From Eledone cirrhosa (taxonomy: Eukaryota), in the NCBI GenBank assembly GCA_964016885.1, contig OZ024743.1:109120001-109184000 (forward strand): a stretch of 64,000 nt of DNA. Direction: 5' to 3'. The position numbers and the translations under genes are program-made. The number at the start of each line of letters is the position of its first letter. The first letter of the stretch is position 1. Positions 40,349 to 56,109 of the stretch are shown here, piece by piece. The notes below the pieces were generated by a model. That model was not told the origin of the DNA. It made no database searches and was given only the letters and a program-made list of their open reading frames with translations.

Positions 40349-40618
40349 CATATATATATATATATATAATTGTTAACACCATACCGAGAACAATTGTTTC
40401 ACCTTAGCGGATCCTCAGCTCGTAATTAGGAGTGCTCTACCACTACAGATATCACCTTCCAGTGTTCTACCTCTCTCTCTCTCTCTCACCCACACTCTCA
40501 CCCCCCTCTCTCTCTGTATATTTATATATGGAAAAGGTAAACAGAAATAACAACATAATCGGTACAGCATATGGAAGGTATATATTAGGTTAACACTTGA
40601 TATAACAGGAAGAGGATA

Positions 40619-40650
40619 TTAACGTTTCGGACGCAAGTCCTTCATCAGAA
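40619..40650 (-). ncRNA. Minimal hammerhead motif
   Basis: Reverse complement: tt-CTGATGA-a-ggac(ttgc)gtcc-GAAA-c-GTT-aa; stem I is weak. The related repeat at 37480-37590 lacks this segment. Confidence 0.6.
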
Positions 40651-40752
40651 GAAAGAATGAGAAATAAAATAGATTGAGGGGACGGGTAGCATGGAACTGG
40701 AAAAAATGTCTTTAGATAAAATAACAGGCACATTCATGTTGACATATATATA

Positions 40753-40961
40753 CAGGGTGGGACAGAATTCATGACTCACCTGATTATTTATCGATTATTT
40801 ATAAATAAAAAGCCTGTGGGGCATATAAACAATAAAATATCTAAATTTAGTAATATGCTAAGCATATTAAGAAATAAAAAATAAATTAAAACAATACGAT
40901 AACAATAAAATAAGCATGTAAAAGAAATATAACTGAGGAGTCAGGAATTCTGACCACCTTG
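40753..40961. mobile_element. Tc1/mariner-like MITE
   Basis: TA|cagggtgggacagaattcatgactc ... gagtcaggaattctgaccaccttg|TA. Confidence 0.75.
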
Positions 40962-42446
40962 TATATATAGTTGGGAACTTAAATGGATTTGTTGAAATGC
41001 GTACAGAACCCAACGTGAATTGTTGATTTCACTGCCTGCATAACTTCTTTACAACAACCACAACCTCTTGCGGGAAATCAGCTTTGGGACATATCACATT
41101 GATTCATTCGTTAGATAGGATAGCAGTATCCAGGTAGAACCAACAGGTGGATATTACTCAGAGAAACCGAATAATTTCAGCAATTTAAGAATGATTGACT
41201 TAAGATATTTACAGATTCTTCTTCGCCTGGACAAAACTATTTTGGTTTCAACCCGACGAAAAATTGGCCAACCACAGTTGTTAAAAATTGATTAATGTCA
41301 AAATAGGAATACGGGGACCTATAAGCAGGTTGTTCTACAAGCCAAATGATTCTGTATATGTCTGAGGCCAGTTTCACGACTGCTCCATACAGTTGTCAGA
41401 TATGATAGTATATATATTTATAATATAGCAACAAGAACAATTGAACATACAGCATATGTCGAAGTGACTAAATATGTGTAACAATTATTATTTACTGAAA
41501 TGTGCATTTCTCAATATTTTACAGTCATAAAACATGTTTGACCCTGCAGATTTTCTATAATTGGTGAAATCTACTTGATACTGTTTGAAGTTTAAACATC
41601 GCCTCTATTAGTCCTTTAGTAACATTATGGAGCTGGTTGGTGTGTACCTAGTAGTCGCGTGTGAATTATGGAAGTAGATATTACTGAGCCATTGATATTG
41701 AGTGACGTTTTTGACAACAGCCTTATGAGGCGATGTTTCTATTAGGTGAAACATTGAGCTGTACAAGTATGCACCTTCACAGAGAACAAAGTCTGGATTT
41801 ACATGTATGTGGGTATGGTGGGCAGTTACATTCTCATGTTTGTAAATCATCAGAAAAAACGTTCCCGGAACTGACGATGTGCATATTATGAGTGAAGCTT
41901 ATTATAGATGACACTGAATCCTGTGTAGTAACTAGTTATATCATTAAATATAGTGAGTTGTAGTTTATAAGTATTTGCTTCGGAAAGACTGATCTACTCA
42001 GTGGACATAAAATGACGTGTTCATAAATCAAGAAAATATGGCTAGATGATAAAACGTCAGTCACAAACAAATGTACATTTTACCGAACTGCACATTGATA
42101 TAGATGATAATAAAACAACTCACATGACTGAAATCTATGCTAATATCAACACTGGACAACAGAAGTTACAGGTAACAGTAAAATATGAGTGGTAACCTAT
42201 ATTTTAATAACATTCATTTTCTGGCATTTAAATCTACAATCGCATTGTGAACGAGGATTCGGGGCACGGTAACTACAAATCCTTCTGAATGTATGACAAG
42301 GAATGCTTTGAAACGAAACTGAGGGATTTATATGCTGCACTATAAGGACCACATGTGATAATTAGAGATAACAAATCTTATCGCATGAACATAGTCGAAT
42401 ATTCCTCTCACAGATACACAAAAACATTCACACACACAAACACACG

Positions 42447-42480
<34 letters not shown>

Positions 42481-42884
42481 GAATAGAATATATGTATCGT
42501 AGGAGAGGAAGAGATAGGGAGATACAGAGAGGTGCGATACAGATTACTAAATGCCGATAGCCGAAGCGAAATGTGCTGAATGCTTGGGCTAGCAGTGTTA
42601 AATATTAGAGAGGAGTTAATATTTAGTACAGTATATATATATATATATATATATATTCATTTAAGTTTGTTGGGTCACCACTGGATAGAACTGGTCATTC
42701 CGTATAGTCAGCCATGCTGTAATATTAGGAAAAGCACTCGATTTTATGCTACTCCTCTATGTTGACATACATATGTATATAAGCATCTTGTATGCCAGGG
42801 TTCCCAAAATGTTGTAGACCATCGACACTTTCATGAAATCCTCGATTCCTCATCGAACCAAGGCATGTACAAAATATAAACTAA

Positions 42885-43066
42885 TAATTGTTTCTACTTT
42901 TGGCACAAGGCCAGCAATTATCCCAGTGCATTACTGGTGCTTTATGTTATCAACCCCACAAGGATGAAAAGCAAAGTTAACTTCGGCGGGATTTGAACTC
43001 ATGTCGTAAAGGGCCGTAACTCTCTGTTGCTAAACATGGCGTCCGACCCTCTACCGATACTGCTAA
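42885..43066 (-). mobile_element. tRNA-derived SINE
   Basis: Reverse complement of the 27749-27930 family. Confidence 0.9.
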
Positions 43067-43911
43067 CCCGATGTGCAGTTTCCATGTAAATAAAAGCAGG
43101 AAACTGCTTACCAATGTACATTACTATGGGAAACTGCAAAACTTGCCGTGCAAAACTTTTGTTCTATAACCCCTTTAACTGTGAATATGTCTCATAAAAT
43201 ATAGGGGGAAAAAAATATTTACTGTCATAGTGTCGGAGGAGTTTCCTGGCAGACAGACGATGGCAGGCAGACCGACATGCTGAACGTCTCAGATGCCTAT
43301 ACAATACGCATGCTCTAACAGTTAAAACATATGTGAATTTTCTGTCAAAAGTTTGTAAAGGTGGCAGAGGGGTTCAGCATATCAGGATACAACTCGGGTG
43401 AAACAGATAATTCTTTTATTATTCATAATTACGATCCAGATGGCAATTTCATTGTGTGTATGTGCGTGTGAGTGTATTTTAAGGGTTAAGTCAACATTTT
43501 GTGTCAACAGGTCAAGCTGAATTTCAGAAGAGTGGTGTATGTGTGTGTGCGTGGTGGTGGAGGGGGGGGGGGGTACATAAATGCAGCTCCCTTGTCTAAA
43601 AACATCAAATTATTTTTAGGACGTGCAGATAAAAACCCGCAAAGTAAAAATAAAATATAAATACAAGTGATTGAAATGGATCTTTGAGGAACGAAGTTAA
43701 CAATAATAGATTTCTGAATGATTTGTAGCAGAGAAAACAAAGAAAAAATGAAAGAAAAAGAGAAAAATTGAATAGAAGGAAGGAAAAAAGGTGTTTAGTA
43801 GAGGTTTTCTTGAAGTTATGATTCTTCCTTTTATCTTGTTTGTGTTTGCATAAGTAAAGCTTTGTTTACAGATGCATTCGAATTGGGTTTTTCCCATCAA
43901 TAGATAACTAA

Positions 43912-44097
43912 TAATTGTTTCTACTTTTTGGCACAAGGCCAGCAATTATCCCAGTACATTACTGGTACTTTATTTTATCGACCCCGCAAGGATGAAAGGC
44001 AAAGTTAACCTCGGCGGGAATTGATCTCAGATCGTAAAGGGACGTAACTATGCGGGAAAGCATAATCCAACCCTCTACCGATACTGCCAATTCACCT
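43912..44097 (-). mobile_element. tRNA-derived SINE with a 19-bp flanking duplication
   Basis: atagataactaataattgt at 43900-43918 and 44098-44116. Confidence 0.9.
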
Positions 44098-44129
44098 ATA
44101 GATAACTAATAATTGTCTCCAATATGAAA

Positions 44130-45600
44130 ATTACATATTAAATTGTGGTTTATATTTTTTAATGAATTGTTTGTTTTCTTTATTTATTCTCTGATTTTGA
44201 TTGGGAGTCCGAGCATTTGTAGGATATGTCTAAACTTGCACATGTTGCAATGTGACTTGTCTCGCACACATACCCAATATGTCATAATATAGAAAAGGAT
44301 TTTTGAGTTGGAGTTAGAATAGAAATTCTAAATGTTTGCCTATTTTTAACTTTGAATTGTATATGCACGTCTCACAAGCTGTTCTTCTGGATTTAGTTAC
44401 TGTAGGGGTTGTACATTTTTTTGTGGGTTTTTGATCCAGTAAGGATATGTTTTAGTGTTTTGGGCTGTCTACATTTGCAGGGTTTGTGTTTCTAGAATGT
44501 GTTTTCAAAATTTAATTTTATCATAAAATAGAAAGGTTTTTGCGAAGGTGGGCAACTATTTGGATATTTTGGAGGTTGAATGTTTACACCTATGGTAAAA
44601 TAACTTCCTCAATTTTTTTTGTTGTTCTTAACTCTTGGATATGTATAAATTTAGCCCTTTCTATTCTGTTTGTGATGATGCCCAGTGAGGAAGTTCTTTA
44701 GGTGAATATATTTTGTTTTCATCCAGACATTGCGAACGTTTCATCTTGTCCAATACTATTGTGCAAATCCTTTTTGGCATGTGATTTGGGGGACTTAAGG
44801 TAAAAGAAAGTTACACTTTGGAGTCAGCGGGTTTATACAAAATATCTGTTTCTATTCTTTCGTGTATTTTTGTTTGAAATCCGATATCAGAAAAAGCTAC
44901 GTCTTTGGTATTAAACACCATTGTGAATTAAATGTTTTATTAAGATTATTTATCATATTTTTTAAATTCTGTGAGAGTAACAAGTTTTTCCTGCCATCAT
45001 ATAAAACAATTGCTAAGGTTATAGGCAAAAAGTAGAATTCAAAATAGCATAGAGGTATTTTAATTGAGAATTTTCTTAATACATCAAAATGAATATTTGT
45101 ATAATTGTTACATTTAGTTAATTTAATTTTGTCAAATATTACTGGTTTCTATTGGAATATCAATGTTATCAAAATTAAAATAAGTTTGGTCTCATATTCT
45201 GAGAGCAGTTTGAAATGGTGTGAATTTGCTGTTAAATTGTCTTCTTCTTTGTATGTTCTTTTTGCATGTGTGTGTTCTGCATGTGTGTGTAAGTGTGTGG
45301 TGTGCGCTTGTATGTGTGAATGTGTGTACTTGGGGTACCCAGTTGTTAAGAGATCAAGTTTATATTTATGGTGTGCAGATATAAAAACAGTAAGCGAAGT
45401 AAAAATAAAAATTATAAATACAAATATAAGTACGAACATGATTGAATGGTGTCCTTGTACAAAGAATGAGTTTCAGAAGGATGTGTGGAATAAAACAAAG
45501 ACAAATACATATTGTAAGGAGTTTGTGAGTTTTTCTGATGTAGTTGATTATCCACTTAATATAACAATTAAAAAAAACATTCAATCTGTCGGAGTAAAGA
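44130..45600 (-). pseudogene. Highly decayed Penelope-like RT/EN
   Basis: IETDILYKPADSK thumb-region motif near 44820-44860 on the - strand; otherwise riddled with stops. Confidence 0.55.
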
Positions 45601-45652
45601 AAAAATGATCTTTCAATATACCGCTGTATTTTCCACTTTCACATTTTATATT

Positions 45653-45721
<69 letters not shown>

Positions 45722-45839
45722 CCATATACATATATATATGTATATATATATATACATATACACACACACACCCATATATATATATATATATATGTACATA
45801 TACACACACACACACACCCATAGATATATATATATATAG

Positions 45840-45912
<73 letters not shown>

Positions 45913-46609
45913 TGTACATATCGGGTGCATATGAAATCATATGATTTATGTTTATGCATAATAGACATACGGGAGTTTCACTACGAATGATTTTATCCGT
46001 GATTTTATCACAGTAGACGTGAAAATGCCAGGCAGCTGTTTCTCTATTTGTATGTTTCATATGTGACATTTACTCACATGGAACTGAGATGTGAACAGTG
46101 CATATGTTTTTGATTATTTGTATATGAAACATAGGCTAAAGTTGTTCATTTGCATATAACGGATGGACATCCTCAAATAAAAAAACACATTGGATGTGAT
46201 GAATTGCATATGGTGCAAAAATGACTGTCTATAAATAATTACCTGTAGCATTAACATAGCATTCTTCATAATAGGAGTAAAACATGAAAGAAATATGCTA
46301 AACGTATATGTATTCACATACACACACATACCCACACACATATAAACACACACACACGCACACATATGTATATATATATATATATATTGCGTGTGTTAGA
46401 TCGGGCCCGTATATGAACATGGATTTTTTCGGAAATAGGTAATTTTGTAAGGAAACGACAAAAGAAAGATATGGAAGGGAGTGTACTGAAAATAGGTTGG
46501 CCTAAGTAGAAGATATTAATTTTCATAGTTTCTATCGCAATCATATACGCGGAGGCGTCTACGTCTCTGTCTATAAAAGTACAAGCACATTCACAAACAG
46601 AAACACATA

Positions 46610-46820
<211 letters not shown>

Positions 46821-47059
46821 GCATTCATACAAAAGTATGTGTGTGTGTGTAATTGTATATGTTTGTAACAATGTCTGTATACATATACATGTATGGTTAT
46901 GTTATATAGTATCTGCATGTTAGCAAAATTAAGAAAACAACGTCGAAAAGTATGTAAAGAGATCAAAGAATATACAGATTATCAGAAAAACACTGGCATC
47001 CGTTTGTTATAATATTAGTACCACATGAAAGGCTACTATATATATATATATATATATAA

Positions 47060-47185
<126 letters not shown>

Positions 47186-47216
47186 GTATATATATATATA
47201 TATATATAAACATATA

Positions 47217-47251
<35 letters not shown>

Positions 47252-47295
47252 GAAGGGGTACTAAAAATATAGATGTATATATATTTATATATATA

Positions 47296-47348
<53 letters not shown>

Positions 47349-47813
47349 ATATATATATATACATGTGTGTGTGTGTCTCTGTGTGTGTATGCGTGTGTGT
47401 GCGGGAGTGTGTACAGATGTATACATATGTAAACATGGAACTCTATATGTAATATATACAACACACACACTCACACACACACTCACACACACTCACGCAC
47501 ATACAGACATACATATATATACGAGAATGTGTTCCTGTATTTGAGTTTTCAAATACTGATGCTCAAACATATGTGTCCAATTACATACACATAGACAACG
47601 TTATAAAAATAACAATAATTGTAAAACATTACTGGGAACTTTTCCTTTTGATCTCCTTGAATCTGATATTTCAAGTTTGTATGCAGAAAAGCCAGGAAAT
47701 CAATATAAAGCATTGCACTACAAAGTCGCAGATGTATACATGAGTTAGACACACAGAATCATACATATTCATTTTAGCATACAATGAAGCAAATAGATCT
47801 TCACACAGACACA

Positions 47814-47910
<97 letters not shown>

Positions 47911-47935
47911 TATACATACATATATATATATATAT

Positions 47936-48021
<86 letters not shown>

Positions 48022-48131
48022 CATAAACATAGTCATACATACATTATATTTATATACATGTTTACGTACATACATATATATGTGTATGTGTGTGTTTATA
48101 TGTATATATATATATATATATATGTACGTGA

Positions 48132-48170
<39 letters not shown>

Positions 48171-48241
48171 AGTGTGTGTGTTTATATATATACATATATA
48201 TATACATATTCGTGTGTATACTTGTGAATGTCTCTGTGTAT

Positions 48242-48289
<48 letters not shown>

Positions 48290-49569
48290 TGTATACATAA
48301 TATATTTATCTATATTAGTGCTGATACAACAGGTAGGATTTAAATATTTTGACGCCCCACGAATAAATGACTCGATTAGACGAATTTACATGTACCTTGT
48401 AATTTACGTTTGTCTCTATCTAGATGTCATATAACCAGTTGCTGCTTATATCTACGCTAAATTCTTACCTATTAAAACATTCTAGTCATTATTAACAGAA
48501 TATTTTTGGTTTTATACGAATTTGCTCGCTCTGCACTTTGCTGAACATGTCTAATCGCTTTTGTCTGACTACTTGTTTCAACGTTTCATGGGACCTCTCC
48601 TAGTTCTACACAGCCTAAAATAACGGGGCATTTTCAGAAATAGGTAGATCACTATTAAGTGTATTTTACGATAAATATACAATATGTGACGTCCGCTTTT
48701 TTTTTTTTTTATTTTGATTATATCATTTCACGTCAAATTAGAATCATTAAAACTTCGGTTAGAATTATCTGCTGTATTCATTCCGCTTGTCTGCCCCCTG
48801 AGTTCAAATTCCCATGAGTTAAGTATGTTTTCCATCCTTTTGAATTCGTTATAACCATGGTCTAATTCTGGGGTCGAATATTCTTAATTATCTCTTTCTC
48901 ACGCCCTGTCTATCACCTTCACCTTCAGGCATTTAAAGGGAATGGTCTCCACCAAAATGACAGAGAAACCCCGTATGCCACTCCCGTGTCCTAGGATTCC
49001 CCCAACATTTATGGGCCCCTACGTGTCGATATTATGTAGACATTGAAATTTCGCTCAATGTATTTCTAATTACTTATTGAGCACTGTGAATGAATTCATT
49101 GCTCGATTAGGATAATTATGTTAGATTCGTGCATATCAAATTAACACACGCGCAGACACACATACATAATATACATCAACATTAGTATATATGTGTGTTT
49201 GACTAATTATCGAGGTATAATGAAAGCAAAAATCATTAGATTATTATTTTGTGTTAAATATCTTTATACTTCATTACGTCTGTGTTAATAAATATCTTAA
49301 AATACTTCAAGCATATTTTCTTAGACTATAATAATTATTTGATAAAATATTCGTCAAATTTATATATATTCACCTCTGGTTTATGGGGGTTGCAACGTGA
49401 GCATGGAATTTTTCAAATTATTATGATATTGATGTCATATATACAATCAAACTCATACAAATCAGATCATATATAATTATATGGTAATGATATTAATTGA
49501 TAACAGTAATATATTTATATGTGCAGAAAAATATTGCAATTTTATAAGCTATAAAATAGCTTATAAAAA

Positions 49570-50225
49570 ACAGGGTACACACCCCTAAACTGAGTCGGGG
49601 AAAAGCACTAAAGGCGCCACTAAAGGACAATCAATTTACCGTCCGGGTCTCGGAAGATCGACCTTACCTTGACATCCAGGCCGTTCCCAAATATCACTGC
49701 CATCCGACCTTTCATTCATGGTCCTCTAAGAGATGCGAAGATATGATAGTCGTCGAATACGAGGTCTAGTGCGCGCGTGTCTGGAATCGTGGTCTCGCTG
49801 ATGGCAATCACATCCATATATAGTGAACTGAGGTCGTTCAGCAGGCGACCCTGCTCCCAGTACGACCCCCAGGCCCCGACTATTTATACATCGTATTCTT
49901 AGGATTACCATGTTGGCAGGCTAAAATCAGAGAGAGACAGAGGAAATGTTTGTTTGTGTTATTCTGTGTGTGTCTGTGTTTGCTGTGTGAGTGGTGTCTG
50001 GGATTTCAGTTGCTTGTGGGTTGCGTTGTTGTTGTGACTGTTGTAGTTGTTTCCGTTTGGGCAATTGTGGTGGTGTTGGTGTTGTTTGGGAAGCGTTTGA
50101 GTTTGTTGTGTGGGTAATGGCAGCAATTTCTGTTTGGGTGTTTTTGTGATGTGTGGAATTTAAATTTTTGTGTATCTTCTTTGTTGTTCTTTGGTTTCGA
50201 GTCGTGCCTCCTCTTTGCTACTGGA
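49570..50225 (-). pseudogene. Tx1/L1 fragment: ORF1 end and APE endonuclease start
   Basis: MVILRIRCINSRGLG; similar to 58800-59420. Confidence 0.7.
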
Positions 50226-50239
50226 AGACGATGAAACAC

Positions 50240-53200
50240 ACGGGGATACATTGTAAAAGAAAGCAAATTGACATTTATTGAATTAGAACAGATAAGAACA
50301 CAATTTAATAACAGAGAATCCGATACAGCCTAACAACATCAGGACATCAATAAACAATTGATAACATGTCGGAAAAAACAACAAGAAAATCGACGAAATC
50401 GGTCAAAAAAGAAATGTTGGTGTAGAACAACTTCTGGAACCAACGAGAAGATTAATGAAAACAATCGCAGGGTCTAAAATGCAATGCACAATACATTGAA
50501 GAAGGTAAGTAAGGCGTTGTCACAATACTAACTAAAACCTTATGCAACGAAATGAAACTACTTAGTTTCAGAACAACAAAATGGATACTCATCAGATTAA
50601 AATTTGCAATACTTCAATGAAAGACATTTTAGCAGAAGGTGAAAAGTATTAGACTTCTCTTAACAAACTTGTATACACTACAGTTGAAGCTATGTGTTCC
50701 AAAACATGATCTTAAAATCAAGAGAAAGTAAATTAGACATGTTTACAATCAACCTAAATGGATAGAATATATACAAAAACAAATTAATAACCTGAGAAGT
50801 AGAAGAGCTAGCCTGAGCTATGACCTTAAAGACTAGAAAAGCATGGAAAGTTAAAAGCAATTATCAGATCACAAATGAAGAAAATCTATTGAACTCCAAA
50901 AAGACTCTGAAACAACGAATCGAGATCAAAGCACAGACAGTTAGACAATATGTTATGAGAGGTAAATTCTACATACAAAACAAACCATTCGAAACAGATG
51001 CAAAAAACGTTTCTGGGAAAAAAGAAAACAGACATTGGAAATTAAGAACCACCTGACGAGGTGCAATACTTTTGCAAAAATATATGGATCATTGAAAAAC
51101 AATATAATAAAGAAATGGCAAGAAGTATAGCTGTGAGAGAAAAGGCAGGCACTTAGTTAAACACATGAAAGGAAATCACCTGGGATAGAATACATTCCTA
51201 GCTTGTGTCTAAATACATATACAGGAAAGCATAAAGAACTTGGAAATGAAAATATGTCAATAAATAAATCAAACCAGAACGTCACAACAAACTGGTTGAC
51301 AGAAGGCACAACATACATTCTTCCCCCAAAACAGCTGAAACAAAAAACTGAAACTTGATGCCAATAACATGTATACTAACTGAGCGAATATCAAATATGT
51401 TGATGGAAATAGAAACATTCAACAGGAACGAAAACGATGAAAATAGTATTCTTTTGTGTGCAATAACCAGCTACTAATTAATATGATACTAGAAAATTAT
51501 TGGTCCGAAAAGAAAAATCGAAACATTGCTTGGATTGATTATAGAAATATCTATGACAGTGTATTACATGGATAATTATTGGAAGCCTTAGAAATCTACA
51601 AACTATTTCCCATAATATCGAACGTTTTACGAGTCAACGGAACAAAATGGAGAGCAACTATTTTTTAAAACCATGACAAACGGAGTCATGTGATCAGATA
51701 AAATGAAACTTAATTGTGGAATATGCAAAGGTGATTCTCTCTCTCTCCACCTCCTCTATTCCCTTGCTCTCATTCCGATATCAAGTGAGCTGAACAATAC
51801 GGGACTTCTGTATGATATGAACAACAACAATTAGATCATTATCCAGTTGTTTTTTATGGATGATCTAAAATTCGATGCTAAAAACAATCAAGAGTTAGAA
51901 GGAAATGTGAAGCAGTTTAGTAATAACATTTGCATGGTTTTAGCCTTGCCAATTGTGCCACAACAAAGTTTAAAAGAGGAAAGTTAACAAAACACCCTAT
52001 GCTAAAACACGTTATAGATACAGTTATAGAAGAGGTAGACACGGAAAACAATTATAAATATCATGGTATAAACGATGGAATTAACACAATCAAATGAGGG
52101 AGAAAATATGGAAAGAATATTATAGAAGACTAAGGCTTTTCTTGAAACCTGAACGAAATTATAAAAGCTGTTTCCAGCATATAAACGCCATAGCAGTAGC
52201 AGTGTTACGATACAGTTATAACATCATCAATAGGAAGCTATCTAATCTTCAAAGAATGGACTGCAAAACACTAAAACTCCTTACAGCTAACAAAATGTAT
52301 CAACACAAGGCAGACGTAGATCACCGATATTTCCCAAGACAAAAAAGGCGGAAGAGGACTAATCCAACTGGATCTAATATAGAAAATAACTATAATAAGC
52401 TTACTAACGTGCCTACAGAATACCAACGTTTTGGTGATGATGTTAGTAAGAGAACAATAAAACCAGAATAAAACCTCCATTCAGAACTCAAAGAAGAAGG
52501 AAAGTACAGGTACAAACTAAAAACTCATGAAATACACCTAAATAATGAAGCTGAACACTAAACAGTCAATAGAGAAAAAAATTCTGCATGACCGAATCCG
52601 ACTTTGTACTAAAGGTGGTGATGTTGACCAAGCCCAAACCCATCAGTGGCTACGAAATTCGGGATTAAAGGCGGAAACAGATGGCTTTATTTTAGCTGCC
52701 AACTGACGCTTTACTAGGAATTATCAGGCAAATATTCTCAGAAATGTGGCAGACTCCATTTGTAGGATATGTGACATACATATTTACCCAATTGATATAA
52801 AATATCAGGATTCCCCACAATAGCACCAACTGAATATAAGATTAGATAATATGCAAAAAAAATATTCCAGGACATGCAGAAAATCTGTATGAACAGTTAC
52901 TACAACCAGTAACAGCCTGAAGGAGCAACAATCCTTTAGGAATTTACCATCCATACAGATCGCGCAATTAATGAAAACCGCCCTGGTATTATTATCACAG
53001 CTTTAAAAAACAAGGCCTTCTAACTCATTAACATGACTGTGCCATCGGACAGAATTGTGTCATACAAAGTGTGTGAGAACTTTGCAAAATATAAAGATCA
53101 AGAAATTATTATAAAAATATAAACAGAATGTGCCACCTTAAAACACAAGCTAAACCGGAAGTGATAGAAGTTTTAGGTTTCATAAAGAAAGATAGTCAAC

Positions 53201-53550
53201 AATTTCTAGAAAAAAAACATAGTAAAGTAGCATCTATCAAGTCCAAATGATAGTTCCAACAAGTACCGCACACATACTTCGTAAATATTTTATTTTTGTA
53301 ATATATGTAAACACAATCTTTTCTGTTTAATTTTTAGAGTAAATTTAATTAATAGATAGTAGCATTCAAATATCCTTAATGTAAAATTAATTTGTATATT
53401 TTATACTCATTAATACTTCTTGTTATCTCATCCTACTGACACGCTTTCATGTGTTTTCATTAAAAAATGATTTACCTATTAACGTTTGTGATGTGACTTG
53501 TTAAGTGAATGTGGGGACGGAACAAAAACAAATCTACTGAAATCCATTAA
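50240..53550 (+). mobile_element. Old R4/Dong-clade non-LTR retrotransposon (RT + restriction-like endonuclease), heavily decayed
   Basis: AWIDYRNIYDSV, GICKGDSLS, FMDDLK, INAIAVAVLRYS, WLRNSGLKAETDGFILAA and NRPGIII traces. Confidence 0.85.
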
Positions 53551-53616
53551 CACCGACGATGCCTGCCATAAGTATATGTTTGATACTCGGTAGTCATTGC
53601 ATACGAAACGAAATCA

Positions 53617-53998
53617 AATTGTTTCTACATCAAGCACAATGTCAGCAATTTTTGCGGAGAGGAAAGTCGATTAAATCGACCCCAGTGCATTGTTTTATCG
53701 ACCCCCATAAGGATTAAAGGCAAAGCTAAAATTGGCGGGAATTGAACTCAGAACGAAAAGGATCATATCAAAATGTTTCAAAGCTTGTTATCCGCTACTA
53801 TCCCTGCTAATAATTGTTTCTACTTTTGGCACAAGCCCAGCAAATTACCAGTACATTACTGGTACTTCATTTTATCGACCCCGTAAGGATGAAAGGTAAA
53901 GTTTACCTCGGCGGGATTTGAACTCAGAATGGCAAGGGCCGTAACTCTATGCGTTGAAGCATGGCGTCCGACCCTCTACCGATACTACCAATCTACCA
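53617..53998 (-). mobile_element. Two adjacent SINE copies (older 53617-53790, younger 53810-53998)
   Basis: Both carry aattgtttctac...ttttatcgacccc...gaactcaga. Confidence 0.85.
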
Positions 53999-54763
53999 CC
54001 CTAATCCACCAATAATAATTATAATTATTATAATGGTTTATGTTATATTACTTAACATATTCTAATCATTTGGTGAACATGTTAGAAAATGACGTCATGG
54101 CTATATATACCTCTATACACTATGAGTTCAATTAGTGTATGGGATGAAGTTTATATCTCATGAAATGGGGTCTAAACAATAGTAAGATACAATATAACAG
54201 ACTACAAATTTGAATCTTTCTAGCGATGTTAGAAATAATTATCTTTGAATATATTCACTTTATTATTACTCATAGGCATGTAGTTTTACACATATTTGAG
54301 CAAGCATCCATGCAGTGTTGTTAGTATAAAACGTATTTTCCTACATAGAATAGTGTAAAAAAAGAATGAAATCAGGCAACAATATTTTCCAATCGATTTT
54401 CCCTTACTCTCGGAGACTACAGTTTCGGTAGGACAATATTATTTGTGAACAGATTTCTTCTGTTGCTAGATCATTGAAGAACAGGTTGGCGCAGTATGTT
54501 TGATTAGCGCTGTATACAAAAGGTCAACAGACGTCCTTTGAAGCATGCAGTATTTTTCTGTGTTATTTTCTCCTAGCAAGAATATCGAGGATACACGCAA
54601 TAGTATTGATTGGGTTTGTGCTATAATAGTGTCGCCATCTAAAGAGAATTTAGTGATATAAGTAAATAAATGCGAGAGCATAGAAAACAAAAATACGTAT
54701 GGAAACAAAAATAAAAAATGTAACTGAAACGAACATTCAGTAAAAGGAAATCATTGTAGAAAT

Positions 54764-54794
<31 letters not shown>

Positions 54795-54795
<1 letters not shown>

Positions 54796-55822
54796 GAGGG
54801 GTGATGTCGATAGACTCTACTTAAGGAGATCTGAAGGTGGAAGATGTCTTATCAGATGGAGAAAAACAACCTAGACAAATACGTGACCGATAGTAAGGAG
54901 CCAATGCTCAAAATTGTGCTGAATGAGAGGACAATAGACCAGGGGATGTCCAAGGAGGAAATAACAATAAGGAGTAAGAGCAGCCTTCTTTAATAATCCC
55001 TTCATAGTAGCTTCTTTGAGCAAACGGAATTCAGAGATCCGCAGACATGGAACTGGTTGGAAAGAGGAGACCTTAAAAAGGCTACAGGAGGAATGCTAAT
55101 GGCTGCGCAAGAGCAGGCCCTCAAAACGAAGTGGCTGAAACACGATATTTACAAGGAGGAGGCTAGCCCACTGTGCAGGATCTTTGCAGAAAGAGAGGAG
55201 ACTGTGGCTCACGTTGTATCCGAGTGTAAACACCTAGCCCAGACTCACTATAAAGGCTGGAGAGATGATGTGATGGGCAGGGTTATCCACTGGCACCTAT
55301 GCAAAGTAAACAATTTACCACATTCTGAGAAGTGGTATGAGCATAAGCCAGAGTCGGTGATAGAAAACGATCAGGTGAAGGTGCTGTGGGATTTTAGAAT
55401 ACAGACGGACAAGAAACTGGAACACAATAGACCTGACCTGGTGGTTTTGGACAAGGAAAAACGATCGTGCCTGATTGTGGATGTGGCCTGCCCATTTGAC
55501 ACGAGAGTGCAAGAGAAGGAGATGAAGAAAATTAACCGATACGACGACTTAAATTGGGAGGTAAAATGGATTTGGAACTGCCATGAAGTCAAAGTGGTCC
55601 CGATTGTCATAGGCGCACTAGGTACTATCTCAAGGAGTTTCCAGGGATGGTTAAAGAAATTAGTCCAGCCCCGCTTTTTGGAACACTTCAAAAGGCATGG
55701 TTGCTGGGAACAGCAATAACCCTCCGATACGTCCTGAATATCTGAGGCTGCAGGTAGCAGCTTGAAATTCATTTCAACAAACTTTCCAGTTAAATAACAT
55801 CAATGACTGAGACTCACAGAAC
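54795..55822 (+). mobile_element. 5'-truncated Dong/R4-clade LINE inserted in (TAA)n
   Basis: ORF 55057-55719 has CRIF..ETVAHVVSEC (CCHC-like) and LWDFRIQTD..NRPDLVV..IVDVACP..K (PD-(D/E)xK endonuclease). (AAT)n lies on both flanks. Confidence 0.92.
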
Positions 55823-55865
<43 letters not shown>

Positions 55866-56109
55866 CTTTCTTTATTAACCACAAGGGTTTACATAAAGAA
55901 GAAATTAAGGACAGTACAGGACAATACAGGGCGGTACAAATGGGCATATCTGCGTGTTAAAACAAAAACAAACGATGTAACAAAAAAATAACAATGAAAA
56001 ATTCCCCAATAGGGGTAGACTTCCGAGGGACATTTGTGGAGAAAGCCCATTAAAAGGCCATAGTGACCCTGACCACCAGGGCAAGAGCCCTCTCCCAGTT
56101 TTCCACCTT

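Noticed and set aside
40375-40460. tRNA gene on the - strand (tagtggtagagcact)
   Set aside because: Only an A-box-like half with no cloverleaf; probably a decayed SINE head.
40960-42420. Unique-looking DNA as possible host exons
   Set aside because: Only short ORFs with no recognisable homology; RNA-seq would be needed.
43168-43489. piggyBac-like MITE (CCC...GGG|TTAA)
   Set aside because: The left TTAA is imperfect and the TIR match is too short to support.
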